Shown: positions 43,183 through 56,320, counted from the stretch's first letter. The stretch is 64,000 nucleotides of DNA from Candidatus Marinacidobacterales bacterium (GCA_965219415.1 OZ244742.1:608001-672000); one strand, 5' to 3'. The notes: generated by a model from the sequence alone, not told the origin. A program made the numbers and translations.

Positions 43183-44451
43183 ATGTGGAAGACAGTCCGC
43201 GGTTCCCTGCTCCTTTGGACAGCCGTCGCCGTTACCGCCCCGGCCGGGGTGCGGCCGAATACTTCTACTGACGGTGATTGGAATCAGTGGAGAGGACCCC
43301 ATCGCACCGGCGTAGTCGCTAGCGTGACGCCGCAGGATTGGCCGGAGCAGTTCGAGCTCGTTTGGACCAAGAAGGTTGGCGAGGGCATGTCGGGGCCGGT
43401 GGTGGCCGGTGACACCCTCTTTCTCCACGCTCGCCGAGGAGTTTTCGGGAAGTCGTTGCCGCCTACGAACTGGGAACCGGCAAGCGACTCTGGAGCGATA
43501 ACTACGACGCACCCTACGATCCGATCTACGAAGCGGCCTCTCACGGTCGGGGACCGTTCTCGACTCCGGCGATAGCCGACGGTCGTTTGTTCACCCTTGG
43601 TACCACCGGCATCCTCACCGCCTATGACCACGAGTCGGGCAGACGCGTTTGGCAACGTCGCTCGGGGGCGGGGTTTCAAACGCCTTTTCCCGAATATGGC
43701 ATCGCCGCTTCGCCACTCATCGTCGGGGAACGATGCATCGTGCAGGCCGGGGGTTTGCGCGGCGGTGGCCTCATCGCGTTCGATGTAAGTACCGGAGAGC
43801 CGGAGTGGCGTTGGGATGGCGACGGTCCGGGCTACGCATCGCCGATTTTGGTTTCATTCGACGGCGTCCCACAGGTGTGACTCAGACCCAATTGAACGTC
43901 GTTGCGCTCACCCCAGAAGATGGCCGCCTCTTGTGGAAATTTCCTATCGGGCAGGCGGTAACAACAACATCGTGACTCCGGTTGTCTCCCGGGATCTGTT
44001 GATACTGTCCGGGTATCAGATGGGAATAGAAGCGAGGCGGATCGAGCGATCAAACGGGCGTTGGACCACCGAACGGATCTGGCACCAACCCCAATTGTGG
44101 ATGTTCCTCAGTACGCCGGTCATCGTGCGCGATCGGCTGTACGGCTATTCGGATACCAAGAGAGGACGCTTCTTTTGCTTGGACTCGCGGAGCGGTGAGA
44201 TCGTCTGGACGAGCCCTGGACGGCAAGCCGGGCACGCGAGCTTGATCGGCACCCCAAAGGCTGTCCTGGCACTCAAGGAATCGGGCGAGCTCCTCATATT
44301 CCAAACCGGCGTCAGAGAGCTCGAGGTGTTGGCCGATTACACGGTCGCCGACGGGGAGACTTGGGCCTACCCGGCCCTGGTCGATGGACGACTCATCATC
44401 GTCAAAGGCACGGACAGTTTGAACGCATGGAGCGTCCCTTCCGTCGGTTAA
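43183..44451 (+). pseudogene. PQQ-like/BamB beta-propeller protein, several frameshifts
   Basis: WNQWRGPHRTG, STPAIADG, YGIAASPL, GYASPI, TWAYPAL over three or more frames. Confidence 0.8.
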
Positions 44452-44492
44452 CCTCGCCTTCCCCACTTCAAGGCCAACCGACACCTCCAGAA

Positions 44493-46695
44493 TCAATCCG
44501 TGCGCGGCAGCACGTACACGCCGCCTTCGTCATAGACGAGCTGCCATTCGGAGTAACTCTTTAGTTTGTTGCTCAGGACGAGATTGCTCAGCGGTATCTG
44601 CATCAGGCGCTCGAGCGTTCGCTGCAACTCGCGAGCTCCCAAGGTCTCGCTGTAGCCGCACTTCGCGATAAAGGCCTCGGCTTCGGGCGTGACCGTCAAG
44701 CGAACCCCGTGCTGCTCTTGAACCTTTTCGCTCATGGCGCGAATCCAAGGTCGTAAGATCCGCAAGGCGTGTTGCTCTTCGAGCGGGCGGAAGACGATGA
44801 CTTCGTCGAGCCGGTTCCAAAGCTCCGGGCGGAACCACTGTTGCGCCTGCTCCAAGATCGCTTTCTCCTGGATCGCGCCGTCCTCGCCTCCCCCGAAGCC
44901 GAGCGGCTCTTTATCGGTCGTCGTACCCAAGTTGGACGTCATTACGAACACGGTGTGGCGGGCGTCCGCTTTCCGCCCCCTACTATCGGTCAAGCGTCCC
45001 TCGTCGAAGACCTAAAGAAACAGATCCAAGATCCGTGAATGAGCCTTTTCGATCTCGTCGAGGAGCACTACGGAATAAGGCTTGCGATTCAGCCTGGAAG
45101 TGAGCTGGCCTCCCTCGTCGTGACCTACATAGCCCGGCGGGGCGCCGATAAGCTTCGAAACGCTGTGCTCCTCCATGTACTCCGACATATCGAAGCGGAC
45201 CAGCTCGGATGAGCTCCCAAAAAGGAACTCCGCAAGAAGACGGGCCTGAAGGAGCACGCCTTCTCGATCTCGATCAGTTTCTCGGGGAACAGCTGGTTGG
45301 ACAGGATCATGCCATTCACCGCGTCGCACAGCGGATTCGGTTGGCGCATTCGGGGATCAAGACGAGGCGAGGGCCCATCTCCGTTTTTCCGACCCCGGTG
45401 GGACCCAGGAAGAGAAACACCGCCATCGGCGCTTTCTAAACCCTCTAGAAAAGCGCTCGGGCGGTACGCCCCGCTTATCGGCCAGCACATGGGCGACCGC
45501 CTCCTCGGTGACGTCGCCGCATACCGCGGACCCGGAGACTGAGGTCGAACCGCCGCCTTGCTCCGGCGCCATCCAGAATACGCACCTGGTGGTGAACCTC
45601 CCACTTCGCTTTCAAGCCCTGAAGAATCTCCAGCGTTTCTTCGCGGGTCGGCTCCCCCACCAACACCTTCTCGAACCTCCGTTCCATCGCCGGATCGGAT
45701 TCGATGTGACGACTGTATTCCTCTGGCGTCGTGGCGCCGATGCAACGGAGCTCCCCGCGAGATAGAGCCGGCTTCAGCATGTTGGCGGCATCGAGGCCTT
45801 GGTCCTCAGAGCGTCCCGCAACCATTACGGTGTGGAGCTCATCGATGAAGATCACCAGCTTGGGATCCTTCCTCGCTCGCGCCAAGATGCTAGAGAGTCT
45901 TTTTTCGAACTCGCCGCGATATTTGGTGCCCGCAAGCAAATTCCCTATGTTGATCTCCCAGATGCGCAACCCATCTAGGACCGCCTTGTCCTTGCCGGCT
46001 GCGGCACGCATTGCCAGCCCTTCCACGATCGCGGTCTTCCCCACACCCTCCTCGCCAACGAGCACCGGATAGTTCTTCGATTCACGTGCTAGCGTTTGAA
46101 GAAGTTGGAGGAGCTCGTCACGTCGTCCGACGACCGGCCCTAGCTTCCCCTCCGCCGCCAGCCGTGTGAGATCTCTCCCGAACCGCTCCAGCGTGGAGCT
46201 CGACCCTTCGCCCTTGTTGATCGCGTCGAGATTCATTCTCAAGAGCTCCTCGCGAAGCAGCTTTGGAACCACGTGACTTCGTTCCAGAACCTTTCGGATG
46301 GCGGGGTCGGGATCCTCCAAGAGAGCAACCATGAGCGCGAGCGAGGAGGCAGGAGCTCCGGCGACCTCCTTTGCTTTCTGGAAAGCCTTTTTGCAGTCGA
46401 CGTTTCGGCTGATGGGACTTCCGTCGTTTGGGGTGTCGCCCGTGCCCAGGAACGACCGAACCCTACTCCGCGCCTTGGTGGGATCGAGCTTCACGCGCTC
46501 GAGCACCCCGCCGAGAATCCCGACCTCGGTAGAAATTGCATCGACGTCCGCGGTTTCGCTATCGTCGACGATCTTGCCGAGACTCAGCAATCCGATAAAG
46601 AGATGGGCCGGCTCGATCTTGGCGTGTTTCCCCCCCGCGGCTTCCGCGGCTGCGATCTTCCACACCATGGAGGCGCCGGGCGTGAGCCGCTTCAA
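44493..46695 (-). pseudogene. ClpB/ClpC-type AAA+ ATPase with internal deletion, inversion and stop
   Basis: GEEGVGKT, YRGEFE, FIDELH, IGATT; second domain [30 protein letters not shown]. Confidence 0.85.
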
Positions 46696-47164
46696 ACCGC
46701 CCCCGCCTGGGTAGTCCCCTCGCCTGCCACTCCCGTTGCCGGACTCTCTCCCAAGACCTTGAGGACTTGCAACTGAAAGCCGTTTGACCGACCAGGCTTT
46801 ATAGGCCCGGACCCAGTGGTTTCGGCCGCCGAGCCGGGTGCTGGCGAGGGGGCAGCGGCGGAGACTTGGCCCAGCGAGAGGAGTGCGGATTCGTCGCCTA
46901 CGTTGCGCACCGGCCCGCAGAAAGGGCACGCGGGCGCACGTTCGAACACTTTTCTCCCGCAAGGGCGACAAAATAACGAGCATCGGTTCGCTTCAGGAAA
47001 TGCTTTATAAATATGATACGACCCGAAGGCTGGAAAGAAAAGTGCCCGCCAGCGGGGGCTTTTGGGGCTGCGCGGTCTTTCTTGGAGGGGTCAGTCAGTT
47101 CCGTCACGGGCCTCGGTCCATGCTCGCAACGCTGCGGTTACTTGTTCGGGGCTGAATCATCACG

Positions 47165-49131
47165 CTACATAGCGCGAGCGATGGCTTCTCGCGCGGCACG
47201 GCCACCCTCGGTGATCCCGTTCGACCACGCCTGAACGCCGGTCAGCTCCGAGTGACCGAAGGAGATCCTGCCGTATCCCTTCCGCACCACTTCCCGGGCC
47301 GGTGGGTTGCCGTTCTGCCCGAAGTAGAACCCCGGTTGGGGCGAGACATAAGCGTGCCCCCATCGGTTGAGGATGATACCGGCAATGTCTTCGCGCGGAT
47401 CGAACCCTTGCTCTCCAAAGAGGCGCACCAGCCGCTTTCGGACCTCGAGCTCGAATTCCCGATACGACTTAGAAAGAAGGTCGGTGCGGCTCAGCGCAAT
47501 CTGTGTTTCGATCCGCTTGCCCGCGTGACCCACGAACGGAACATAGAAGGTCAAGATGGCGGGTTTTGAGGGATCGAGAGGCTGCGTGGCACCCTCCACG
47601 ATCATCGGCTGGCGAATGTTGGCGAACCATCCGAAGCCTTCGAACCAACGAGCTGCAGAGATTCCGAGCCGCTCCATGAAACGCCAGTTCCGAAGAGCAA
47701 CGTTCACGATCAACATGGGTGCGTGGTGGAAACTGAGGTAGGCCTTTTGGATCTCCGGCGGCATGTCGGCGAGTACGTAGCGTGCGATCCAACCACCCGC
47801 CGCGACGACGGCAGCCTTGGCTCTCACCCGGAAGAGCTTGCTCCCCTTCGAGTACGTCACTAAAACTTCCTTGGCCGTCTCGGGTGGTCCATCGTGCTCC
47901 ATGCGCACCACCGTGGCACCGAGGCGGATCCTCATGCGATTCTCAGGAGAATCCAGAGCATCAAAGTTCGTCGCACCGAACGCGACTTCGTGGAAACTCC
48001 GGTCTCCCTCAATGGCTTGGGGTAGTGCCGATTTCACGAGATGACGCAACATCGCGGCGTTGCCACCCGGGAAGCTCACGAAGGAACGGTCCTGGTAATA
48101 CCGCCGCCGGGCGGGAGGAATGAACGCTCCCATCCCCGGCATTTGGAGCCGATAGGCCCCGTGGGCCGAGACGACGTCGCCGCTCACTCCGAATGACGCT
48201 GCGGCGAAGTAGGGATCGATGTAGTCGTAGAGCACTTGAGGCGATACACCGAGCTCCTTAACCAGGAAATCCTGATACGTCATCGTGTCCAGCCAGCGTT
48301 CCCAACCCTCACTCGGCACGGTCGGCTTCGCGCGATCGAAAAGGACAGCGTTCATGTCATTCCGGAGACCTTCCGGTACCGGTGTCCCCTCGAACCCTTC
48401 CCTGTGCGCATCGATAAGCCATTTCGCACTGCCGTCGTCCTGGCCGTAGAAATATCGAATCGACGCTCGTTCCGGCCACTTCATCATCGGGCCGAAATTG
48501 TCGCTCGCGAATCGGATGGCTTTGTTGGTACCAGAGAGTTCCTGGTACGAGAACTCCACTGGGCAAATCGAGCTCGTCCCAAACTTCGGGAACGAATCCC
48601 GCCTCTCGAGCGAGCGGATCGGGACCGATGAAGGAGTTGGATCCTTGCGGCCCATACAAATGGTATCCGTCGACGAGGATCTCGTTTTGCTTCGCCTCGC
48701 CACCGAACATCTCGTGATTCTCGAGCACCAAGCATGAGCCGCGTGTCGTTTCTCGCTCGAAGGTATAGGCGGCTCCGAAACCGGAAAATCCCCCGCCGAC
48801 AACGACGAGTTCGTACTCCTCGCCCACGTCGACCGCCGTTTCCGGAATCGAATTGCCGGTCCCTCACGATGTGAGCCGCATTAACGACCTCGTGGGTATT
48901 CCCATTGGAACGGGCGTAGTCTCCGATGCCGCCGGGTCCGGTCCAGTCGGGACCCAAGAGCTCCGGTGAAGGTGGAGAAGGTTCCTGTTTCGCACTCCTA
49001 CAGGCAGGGGCGTTCATAGCAAGAAGAGCCGTGCCCGAACCCACGAGAGTCGAACCCAAGAAGTCCCGACGGGTAATTCGACAGTCCAGCCCTAGCTCTT
49101 TTTCGTCACGACTCCAACGACTCTTCTTCAC
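47165..49131 (-). pseudogene. Tat-exported FAD oxidoreductase (spermidine dehydrogenase SpdH-like), two frameshifts
   Basis: ITRRDFL, VVVGGGFSG, FGGEAKQNE, FPGGN, LNRWGHAY, GRISFGHSEL. Confidence 0.8.
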
Positions 49132-50888
49132 TCCGTCGTCGACTCCCGACGCCTGGCTCGGCTGGATTGTGGCACCTCGACCTTTTGGCGTCCAGCACGA
49201 GGCTCACCAAGCAACTCTAGCCTTATCAACGCGGGAGGGATCTGCCCCGAGTGCAGAAGCTTGTCGTAAAACTCCTTCGGTTTCTCCGGCACGCCGAAAC
49301 GCTCGTAGTCGTCGTCGCGAATTTCTTCAATCTCCATCATGCCTATGAGGTACCCCAGGACCATCGTCGGCATCCTGACGTACATGCCCACCTCCAGCTC
49401 GGCCGCGAAGCGCTCGAAACGAACCTTGTCCGCGAGGAGATCGACGCCCTCCTCGAAGCTCATTTGGCCGGTGTGCATGCCGGAATCGATGATGACACGC
49501 GCCGCTCGCCAAAGTCGGTTCCTGAGCACGGTGAGTCGTACGTCGTCGCCCTGGAGAAACCCGAGATCCCACATGAGTTGCTCCGTGTAGAGACCCCACC
49601 CCTCTCCGAAGATGGACTCGCGCACGACACCGCGCAGCACGCGCGGGTTCTCGTTCGCCTTTAGGGCGGCGACATGATGGCCGGGATAGGCCTCGTGAAC
49701 CGCGATGATGGGCACCCAAGAGAAGTGGTGGGATCTCAAGCGCTGCTGCTGCTGCTCGGGACTCATCGAATCGTCGATGGGCGTCAGGATCAGCCTGCCG
49801 CGCAAGTGATCATCGAAGGGGCTCACCGAGCTGAAAGTGCCGAACGGAGAGGAGCGTCGCATGGCTTCGGGTGTGTCCTCCACGACGACGGTTTCTCCTT
49901 CCGGAAGGGTGACGGCTTCGTTCTCGATGAGAAACTTCTGGGCCGCATCTAGTTGAGTCCGGTAGGCATCCTTTATCTGGTCGGCGGACGGATGGTCGTC
50001 CTTTAGGGATTCGTAGACCTCCACCCAGTGCTTTCCGGGATCGATGCGCTCCGCAACCTCTTGGAGCTCCACCTCGATTTCCTCGAAGGCCTTGAGTCCT
50101 CGTTCGTGGATGGATTCGGCATCGTCCTCTAGGAACCAACGATGCTCGAGAAGGTAGCTGTAGGCCTCGGCTCCCAGCCCCCAGCTCCCCGTCGACCGAG
50201 CCAGCAAGTCTTCCTTCAAGAAAGACTCATAGCCTCGCAGCGATGCAACCGCCTTGGCCGCGACCTCTTTCAGCCCCTCATCGCCGCTCTCGGTTGCGAG
50301 CTCAGCGATCTCTTGCTCCAGAAAACGGATCGTCCCCGTCGTCTGAAACATGGCCGCATTCGTGAACCGTTCCGGGGGATTCTTGAGGTTCTTTTGCCCC
50401 TCGGCCACCATTCCGGGCAACGCTTCGAGCCAACGGATCAGGCGCCCCACCCTTTCCTCCGGCGCAAGCGAATCCATCCCAAAGATTCTGGAAATGGACT
50501 GAAACGGGACGTAGGCGGTGGGATCGTTCTCCCAGGGCCTTCGCGCCTCGGCCTCGTAGATGGCAGAGTCCAGCTGACTGATAAGAAGGAGGCGATCGAT
50601 CCTCTGCTCCGGTGAAAGCCCGGTCGGATCGACGCCGCGGACCTCGGCCAAAAGCCCCCGCTTTTCGTCGATCCGCTGAGCAAACCCTTCCGTCGACAAA
50701 TCTGGAGAAGATGGATTATCTGCTCCTCGCCACTGGTAATCACTCCGTTTCATGCTGACGTACTGCTCGACCAGTGCGTCCAGCGCCGCCGGGCCTTCGG
50801 GCACCGATTCCCCGACCGGCTGACAGGCTCCGGCTGCCAGTGAAACGGCACACGCCATCGCAACGAGTGTCCTCTCATTCATGCGCAT
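49128..50888 (-). CDS. DUF885 family lipoprotein
   Basis: Lipobox AGAC; HEAYPGHH, EGWGLY.E, WRAARVIID.GMH. Confidence 0.88.
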   Translation of the reverse strand: MRMNERTLVAMACAVSLAAGACQPVGESVPEGPAALDALVEQYVSMKRSDYQWRGADNPSSPDLSTEGFAQRIDEKRGLLAEVRGVDPTGLSPEQRIDRLLLISQLDSAIYEAEARRPWENDPTAYVPFQSISRIFGMDSLAPEERVGRLIRWLEALPGMVAEGQKNLKNPPERFTNAAMFQTTGTIRFLEQEIAELATESGDEGLKEVAAKAVASLRGYESFLKEDLLARSTGSWGLGAEAYSYLLEHRWFLEDDAESIHERGLKAFEEIEVELQEVAERIDPGKHWVEVYESLKDDHPSADQIKDAYRTQLDAAQKFLIENEAVTLPEGETVVVEDTPEAMRRSSPFGTFSSVSPFDDHLRGRLILTPIDDSMSPEQQQQRLRSHHFSWVPIIAVHEAYPGHHVAALKANENPRVLRGVVRESIFGEGWGLYTEQLMWDLGFLQGDDVRLTVLRNRLWRAARVIIDSGMHTGQMSFEEGVDLLADKVRFERFAAELEVGMYVRMPTMVLGYLIGMMEIEEIRDDDYERFGVPEKPKEFYDKLLHSGQIPPALIRLELLGEPRAGRQKVEVPQSSRARRRESTTE

Positions 50889-51002
50889 ATCTGTCCCCTT
50901 CCGACGGGGCGGATTCTATGTTGGTGCCCCGGGATGGGCAAATGAAATGCCGGCGGGAAAAGTTTGCGCTTCACGAGCAAATGAGTACAGTTGGTCGCTG
51001 CG

Positions 51003-51835
51003 ATGATGCTCAAGTACTCCGTCGCCTTCCTACTGTTTTGCGCTCCTCTGGCTTGGGCCCAAGGTAAGAATGACAAGGAAGAGGTGAAACCCGAGGACGT
51101 CAAAAGATTCCTCGATCCCACGGTCATGATCAACAGCTTCGACTACTCGTTCACCGCCAATTTCATACCGTCCGACATTCACGCTTACTCGCACACCGTG
51201 TCGCCGTTTTGGGCGGTGAACCGATGGACCGGATTCTGGGCGGAGATCCCGTACCGAGATTTCAACGCCTCCGACGGTGGAGGAACCTCAGGTGTCGGAG
51301 ACGTCGTGCTGGGATGGGGAGCGGTAACGCACGAGAACCTCGAGCGCCGTCTCACCACCTCAGCGGTGTCGTTCGAAGCCATCGCCCCCACCGGAAGCTT
51401 GAGGAAGCAAACTGGCTCCGGAGCCTGGGTGCTAGCTCCCGCCGCTGCATTAGCCTTCAACCCCACCGATGTGTTTCCAGTTTATGTCACTGGGCGTTAT
51501 TTGCACTCGGTCGGAACGCCCGAGCCCATAGAACGCAACGGCGAGATGCCCGAAAAGGTTGACGGTGCCGATCTTCGCGTTCGCTCCTTGGAGCTCGCAA
51601 TCACCACCGTGCACATCTTGCCCAAGGGTTTTTTCGTATCGGCTATCCCGAGCTTCGTCTACAATTTCAATCAAGATTTCAACCTCTTCTCCTTGGGAGT
51701 GGGGGCGGACGCGCACTCAACAGGAGCTTCCTTGTCAGTGGGGGCTACGTCCATCATGTAGTCGGCCGGGAAACGTTCAACCAGGCCTTCACCGTGCAAT
51801 TGAGCTTCATATTCGGCGAACGGAAAGACAAGTAA
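51003..51835 (+). pseudogene. secreted/outer-membrane beta-barrel-like protein, one frameshift in a G run near 51705
   Basis: Signal peptide; SGVGD, APTG; shifted frame ends AFTVQLSFIFGERKDK*. Confidence 0.55.
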
Positions 51836-51887
51836 CGACGAACGTTGACACGCCATCGCCCGCGTGGTACAAGGGCATTCGAGGACC

Positions 51888-54800
51888 ATGGCCAGCGATC
51901 TATCCCGGCGACGTTTCCTTCAAACCAGTACCGCTACCCTTCTCACCACCGCCTTTGGCTTCGACCTCCGCCCTGCTGCCGCCGCCGCGCGTGAGCTGAA
52001 GATCGCGCGCACCACCCAAACCACGAGTGTTTGTCCATATTGCGCGGTCGGCTGTAGTGTCGTGATCCATACGCTCGGGGATCGAGCGAAGAACGTCAAG
52101 CCGACGGTCGTTCACATCGAGGGCGATACCGCCAGCCCCATCAATCGAGGAACCCTCTGCTCCAAGGGAATCTCTCTCAAGGAATTCGTCGTCAACGATA
52201 GACGCCTCACGCGGCCGCTCTATCGAGCCCCGGGCTCGTCGGAGTGGCAGACCATCCCGTGGGAAGACGCCATCGAGCGCATGGCGCGCCGAATCAAGGA
52301 CACCCGCGACGCTGGCTTCGAGGAGAAAGACGCTGCCGGCCGCACGGTGAATCGTCTGGAGAACATCGCTCTCATCGGTGGCTGCACCGACACCAACGAG
52401 ATCAACTACCTCCTCGGGAAGTTCCGCTTCGGTCTCGGTATCGTCACCTACGAGAATCAGGCCCGTCTCTGACACGGCCCCACGGTGGCCAGTCTGGCCG
52501 CCACATTCGGCCGGGGGGCCATGACCAACGGCTGGACGGATGTCGCCAATGCGGACGTGGTGCTGGTCATGGGCGGCAACCCAGCCGAGAACCATCCCGT
52601 GGGCTTTCGTTTCGTCATGGAAGCCAAGCGGCGTAGAAAAGCGAAGCTGGTCTGCATCGATCCCCGTTTCAATCGCACAGCCGCCGTGTCCGATGCCTAC
52701 GTGCCGATTCGCGCCGGCACCGACATTGCGTTTCTCGGTGGACTGATTCACTACGCGCTCGACAACGGGCTCTACCACGAGGACTACGTCAAGCTTCACA
52801 CCAATGCGCCCTTCATCGTGAAAGACGGTTTCTCGTTCGAGGATGGGTACTTCTCGGGATGGGACGCAGAGAAAAGGTCCTACGACAAATCCACTTGGGA
52901 GTACGAGAACGATGCTCGCGGCCACGCGAGAGTCGACCGGAGTCTCGAGCACCCTCGGTCCGTGTTTCAGCTCCTGAAAAAACACTACGCCCGCTATACG
53001 CCTGAAACGGTTGCCTCGGTCTGCGGTTGTTCGGCAGAAGAATTTCAAAAGGCGGCGGAGATCATCTGCTCCACCGGTCGCGCCGGGCGCTCGGGTACGA
53101 TTCTCTACGCCCTCGGATGGACGCAGCACAGCCACTCGGTGCAGCTCATCCATGGCGCGGCGATGCTTCAGCTCTTACTGGGCAATGTCGGAATGCCGGG
53201 CGGTGGTGTCAACGCGCAACGTGGGCATTCCAACATCCAAGGCGCGACCGATATGGGCGCGTGGGACATGTTGCCCGGCTATCTCAAGGTTCCTCGCGCC
53301 GAGTGGACTTCCCTCGCGGCCTACAATCAGGCGAACTCCCCTCGTGCGAAACGTCCGAAGTCGCTCAACTATTGGGCGAACACGCCCAAGTTCCTCGTGA
53401 GCCTGCTCAAGGCCTACTACGGGAAAGCGGCGACATCCAGGAACGAATACGGCTACCAGTACCTCCCCAAGATTGGAGAAGGGGCGAACTATAGCTGGGG
53501 GCACTTCTTCAATCGGATGGCGGTTGGCGAGATCGAGGGCATGATCGCCTTCGGCATGAATCCGGTGGCGAACGGTCCTAACTCGCCGAAGATGATCGAC
53601 GCTTTGGAAAAATTGAAATGGCTCATCGTCGTTGAGAACTTCGACACCGAAACGTCGTCTTTCTGGAACGCCAAGAAGCTTGCGGAAAAGAACTACCCGT
53701 CCGCGAAGAACCCCGACGACATCGAGACGGAAGTGTTTTTGCTCCCCGCTTCCTGCTTCGCTGAAAAAGACGGGACGTTCGTGAACTCGTCCCGCTGGCT
53801 CCAGTGGAAAAACGCCGCTCTCCCCCCGCCCGGAGAAGCACGGAACGACCAGGAGATCATCGCGCGGCTTTTCCTCGCCATCCGAAAGCTCTATGAGACC
53901 GAAGGAGGCATAGCACCCGATCCCGTCCTCTCCGTCGCCTGGGACTACGCCAACCCGACTTCCCCCGATCTCACGGAAGTGGCAAGAGAGATCAACGGAA
54001 GTGAGGTCGCGAGTGGTCGCCAGGTGTCGGGCTTCGGTGCGCTCCGCGACGACGGCTCCACGCTTTGCGGCAACTGGCTCTATTCCGGCTCCTTCCCCGA
54101 AGCCGGAAACCAGATGGCGCGCCGTGGCCAAGAAGATCCCACCGGGCTCGGGCTCTACGCGAATTGGAGCTGGAGCTGGCCCGCCAACCGCCGCATCCTT
54201 TATAACCGCGCCTCCGCCGACGAAAAGGGCAAGCCTTGGGATCCGACGCGAGCACCTATCCGTTGGGCCGATGGCCGCTGGGTGGGCGATGTGCCCGACT
54301 ACAAGGCCGACGGCCCGCCCGAGAGCCTGGGCTCCTTCATCATGCTCCCTGAAGGTGTTGCTAAGTTGTTCGCATCTGATTTTGTCGAGGGACCCTTCCC
54401 CGAACATTATGAGCCGGCGGAGTCGCCGGTCGAGAACCCGATGCATCCCGAGGTGAGCTCGAACCCCATGGCTACCGTGCTGAGCGGGGAGCTCGATTCG
54501 ATGGGATCCGCCGACGAGTTCCCTTACGTCGCGCTCACCTATCGCTTGACCGAGCACTTTCATTATTGGACGAAGCACGTGAGCTCGAGCTCCCAGCTTC
54601 AACCGACTTTTTTCGTCGAGGTGCCAGCAGATCTCGCACGCGACAAGGGAATCGACAACGGCGACCTCGTACGGGTCAGCTCTGCACGCGGATCCGTTGA
54701 AGGCCCGGCCATGGTGACTAAACGTATACGCACACTGCAGGTCAACGGACGAGCGATCTATCAGATCGGGCTACCCATTCATTGGGGTTTCGTCGGCAAG

Positions 54801-54902
54801 GTCAAAGGGCCCCTGGTGAACAATCTCACGCCCTCGGTTTTCGATCCCAATTCGGGGACTCCGGAGTACAAGGGGTTCCTGGTCAACATGGAAAAGGTCT
54901 AG
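51888..54902 (+). CDS. fdnG: formate dehydrogenase-N alpha subunit, selenocysteine-containing
   Basis: Tat SRRRFL; CPYCAVGC; NQARL-TGA(52470)-HGPTVASLA in frame; RGHSNIQG; TYRLTEH; TPEYK. Confidence 0.95.
52470..52502 (+). promoter_or_regulatory. bacterial SECIS element
   Basis: TGA CACGGCCCCAC followed by the GGTGGCC-AGTCT-GGCCGCC hairpin, the same layout as fdnG SECIS. Confidence 0.85.
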
Positions 54903-54909
54903 AAGAAAT

Positions 54910-55713
54910 ATGGCGCACACCGTCGCAAAACTGATCGACACCACGACGTGTATCGGGTGCAAAGCGTGTGAAGCGGCGTGTCAGGAGTGGAACGACAACG
55001 GGTTCGCCATGGGCACGTTCGACGGCACCTACCAGACGATGCCCGACCTTCAGTATGACTTCTGGAACGTGATCAAGTTCAACGAGTTCGAGACCGATGA
55101 CGACGGTGGTCTCAATTGGTTGATGGCGAAATATCAGTGCATGCACTGCGTCGAGCCTGGCTGCCTCGAGGCTTGTCCGGCGCCGGGAGCCATATTCCGG
55201 CTTGAGAACGGCATCGTCGACTTCGACCACGACAAATGTATCGGCTGCGGCTATTGCATCACCGGCTGCCCGTTCGATGTTCCTCGCCTCAGTCCCATCA
55301 CCAAGAAGGTTTACAAGTGCACTCTCTGCTCAGACCGCACATCGGTCGGGCTCGAGCCGGCGTGTATCAAGGCGTGTCCCACCAACTGCCTCACCTTCGG
55401 AACTCGAGAAGACTTGGTACAGATCGCCGAAACTCGAGCCGAGGAGCTGCAGGCCGATGGCGCGCAGAACGCCGGCGTCTACAATCCCGCCGGCGTTGGC
55501 GGGACGCACGTCCTTTACGTTTTGAAAGACGCCACGCAGCCCGAGCGGTATGGCCTGCCCAAGGACCCAACGATCCCGTTGACCGTGAAGTTATGGAAGG
55601 GACCGGTGAAGTGGATCGGAAGCCTGATGTTCATCGGCGCCATCCTGGGCGCATTCCTTCATTACTTGCGTTTCGGACCGAGGACCTACAGCGATGAGCC
55701 CTCCTCAGAGTGA
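54910..55713 (+). CDS. fdnH: formate dehydrogenase Fe-S beta subunit
   Basis: CIGCKAC, CMHC..PGC, CIGCGYC, CTLC; C-terminal TM anchor. Confidence 0.93.
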   Translation: MAHTVAKLIDTTTCIGCKACEAACQEWNDNGFAMGTFDGTYQTMPDLQYDFWNVIKFNEFETDDDGGLNWLMAKYQCMHCVEPGCLEACPAPGAIFRLENGIVDFDHDKCIGCGYCITGCPFDVPRLSPITKKVYKCTLCSDRTSVGLEPACIKACPTNCLTFGTREDLVQIAETRAEELQADGAQNAGVYNPAGVGGTHVLYVLKDATQPERYGLPKDPTIPLTVKLWKGPVKWIGSLMFIGAILGAFLHYLRFGPRTYSDEPSSE

Positions 55714-56320
55714 CGTCAGGATCCCTCGTTTCTCGCTAGGCGAGAGGGTCGCCCACTGGACCACCGCTCTGAGCTTCCTCTATCTCGCTCTCACGGGCCT
55801 GGCGCTATGGACGCCTCATCTTTACTGGTTAGCCGTCGTCTTCGGAGGCGGAGAAGCCATCCGATGGGGGCATCCTTGGGCGGGTGTCCTTTTCGTCACC
55901 TCTCTGGCCACGATGTTCGTCAATTGGTCACGCCAGATGAGGCTCGATAAAGACGACAAGATGTGGCTCAAGAAAATGCGGCAGTACATCGAGCACGATG
56001 AATCGGACCTGCCGGAGCCAGGTCGGTTCAACGCGGGCCAAAAGATGCTCTTTTGGGTCCAGACTTCCGCCGCCGTTCTGCTACTTGCTAGCGGCCTCGT
56101 ACTTTGGTTTCCAGAACAAACGTCCCGATCGCTGAGGCTCGCGGCCATACTCATCCATCCTGCCACCGCCGTCATCTCCATCAGCGGCATCATCGTTCAC
56201 ATCTATATGGCGACTGCCGCCGTTCCGGAGGCTTTTCGCGGCATGATTCAGGGCTGGGTACGACCCGGCTGGGCCGCCTCCCACCACCCCAAGTGGTATC
56301 GGGAGATCTCGAAGCGCTGA
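55694..56320 (+). CDS. fdnI: formate dehydrogenase cytochrome b gamma subunit
   Basis: ERVAHW, HPWAG, GRFNAGQK, VHIYM, WAASHHPKWY. Confidence 0.93.
   Translation: MSPPQSDVRIPRFSLGERVAHWTTALSFLYLALTGLALWTPHLYWLAVVFGGGEAIRWGHPWAGVLFVTSLATMFVNWSRQMRLDKDDKMWLKKMRQYIEHDESDLPEPGRFNAGQKMLFWVQTSAAVLLLASGLVLWFPEQTSRSLRLAAILIHPATAVISISGIIVHIYMATAAVPEAFRGMIQGWVRPGWAASHHPKWYREISKR

Noticed and set aside
47030-47065. Terminator or sRNA in the 46700-47160 gap
   Set aside because: Only a short stem before a T-rich tract; too weak to call.
51900-54602. Long minus-strand ORFs (417 and 475 aa)
   Set aside because: Antisense shadows of fdnG caused by GC-rich codon bias; no motifs.
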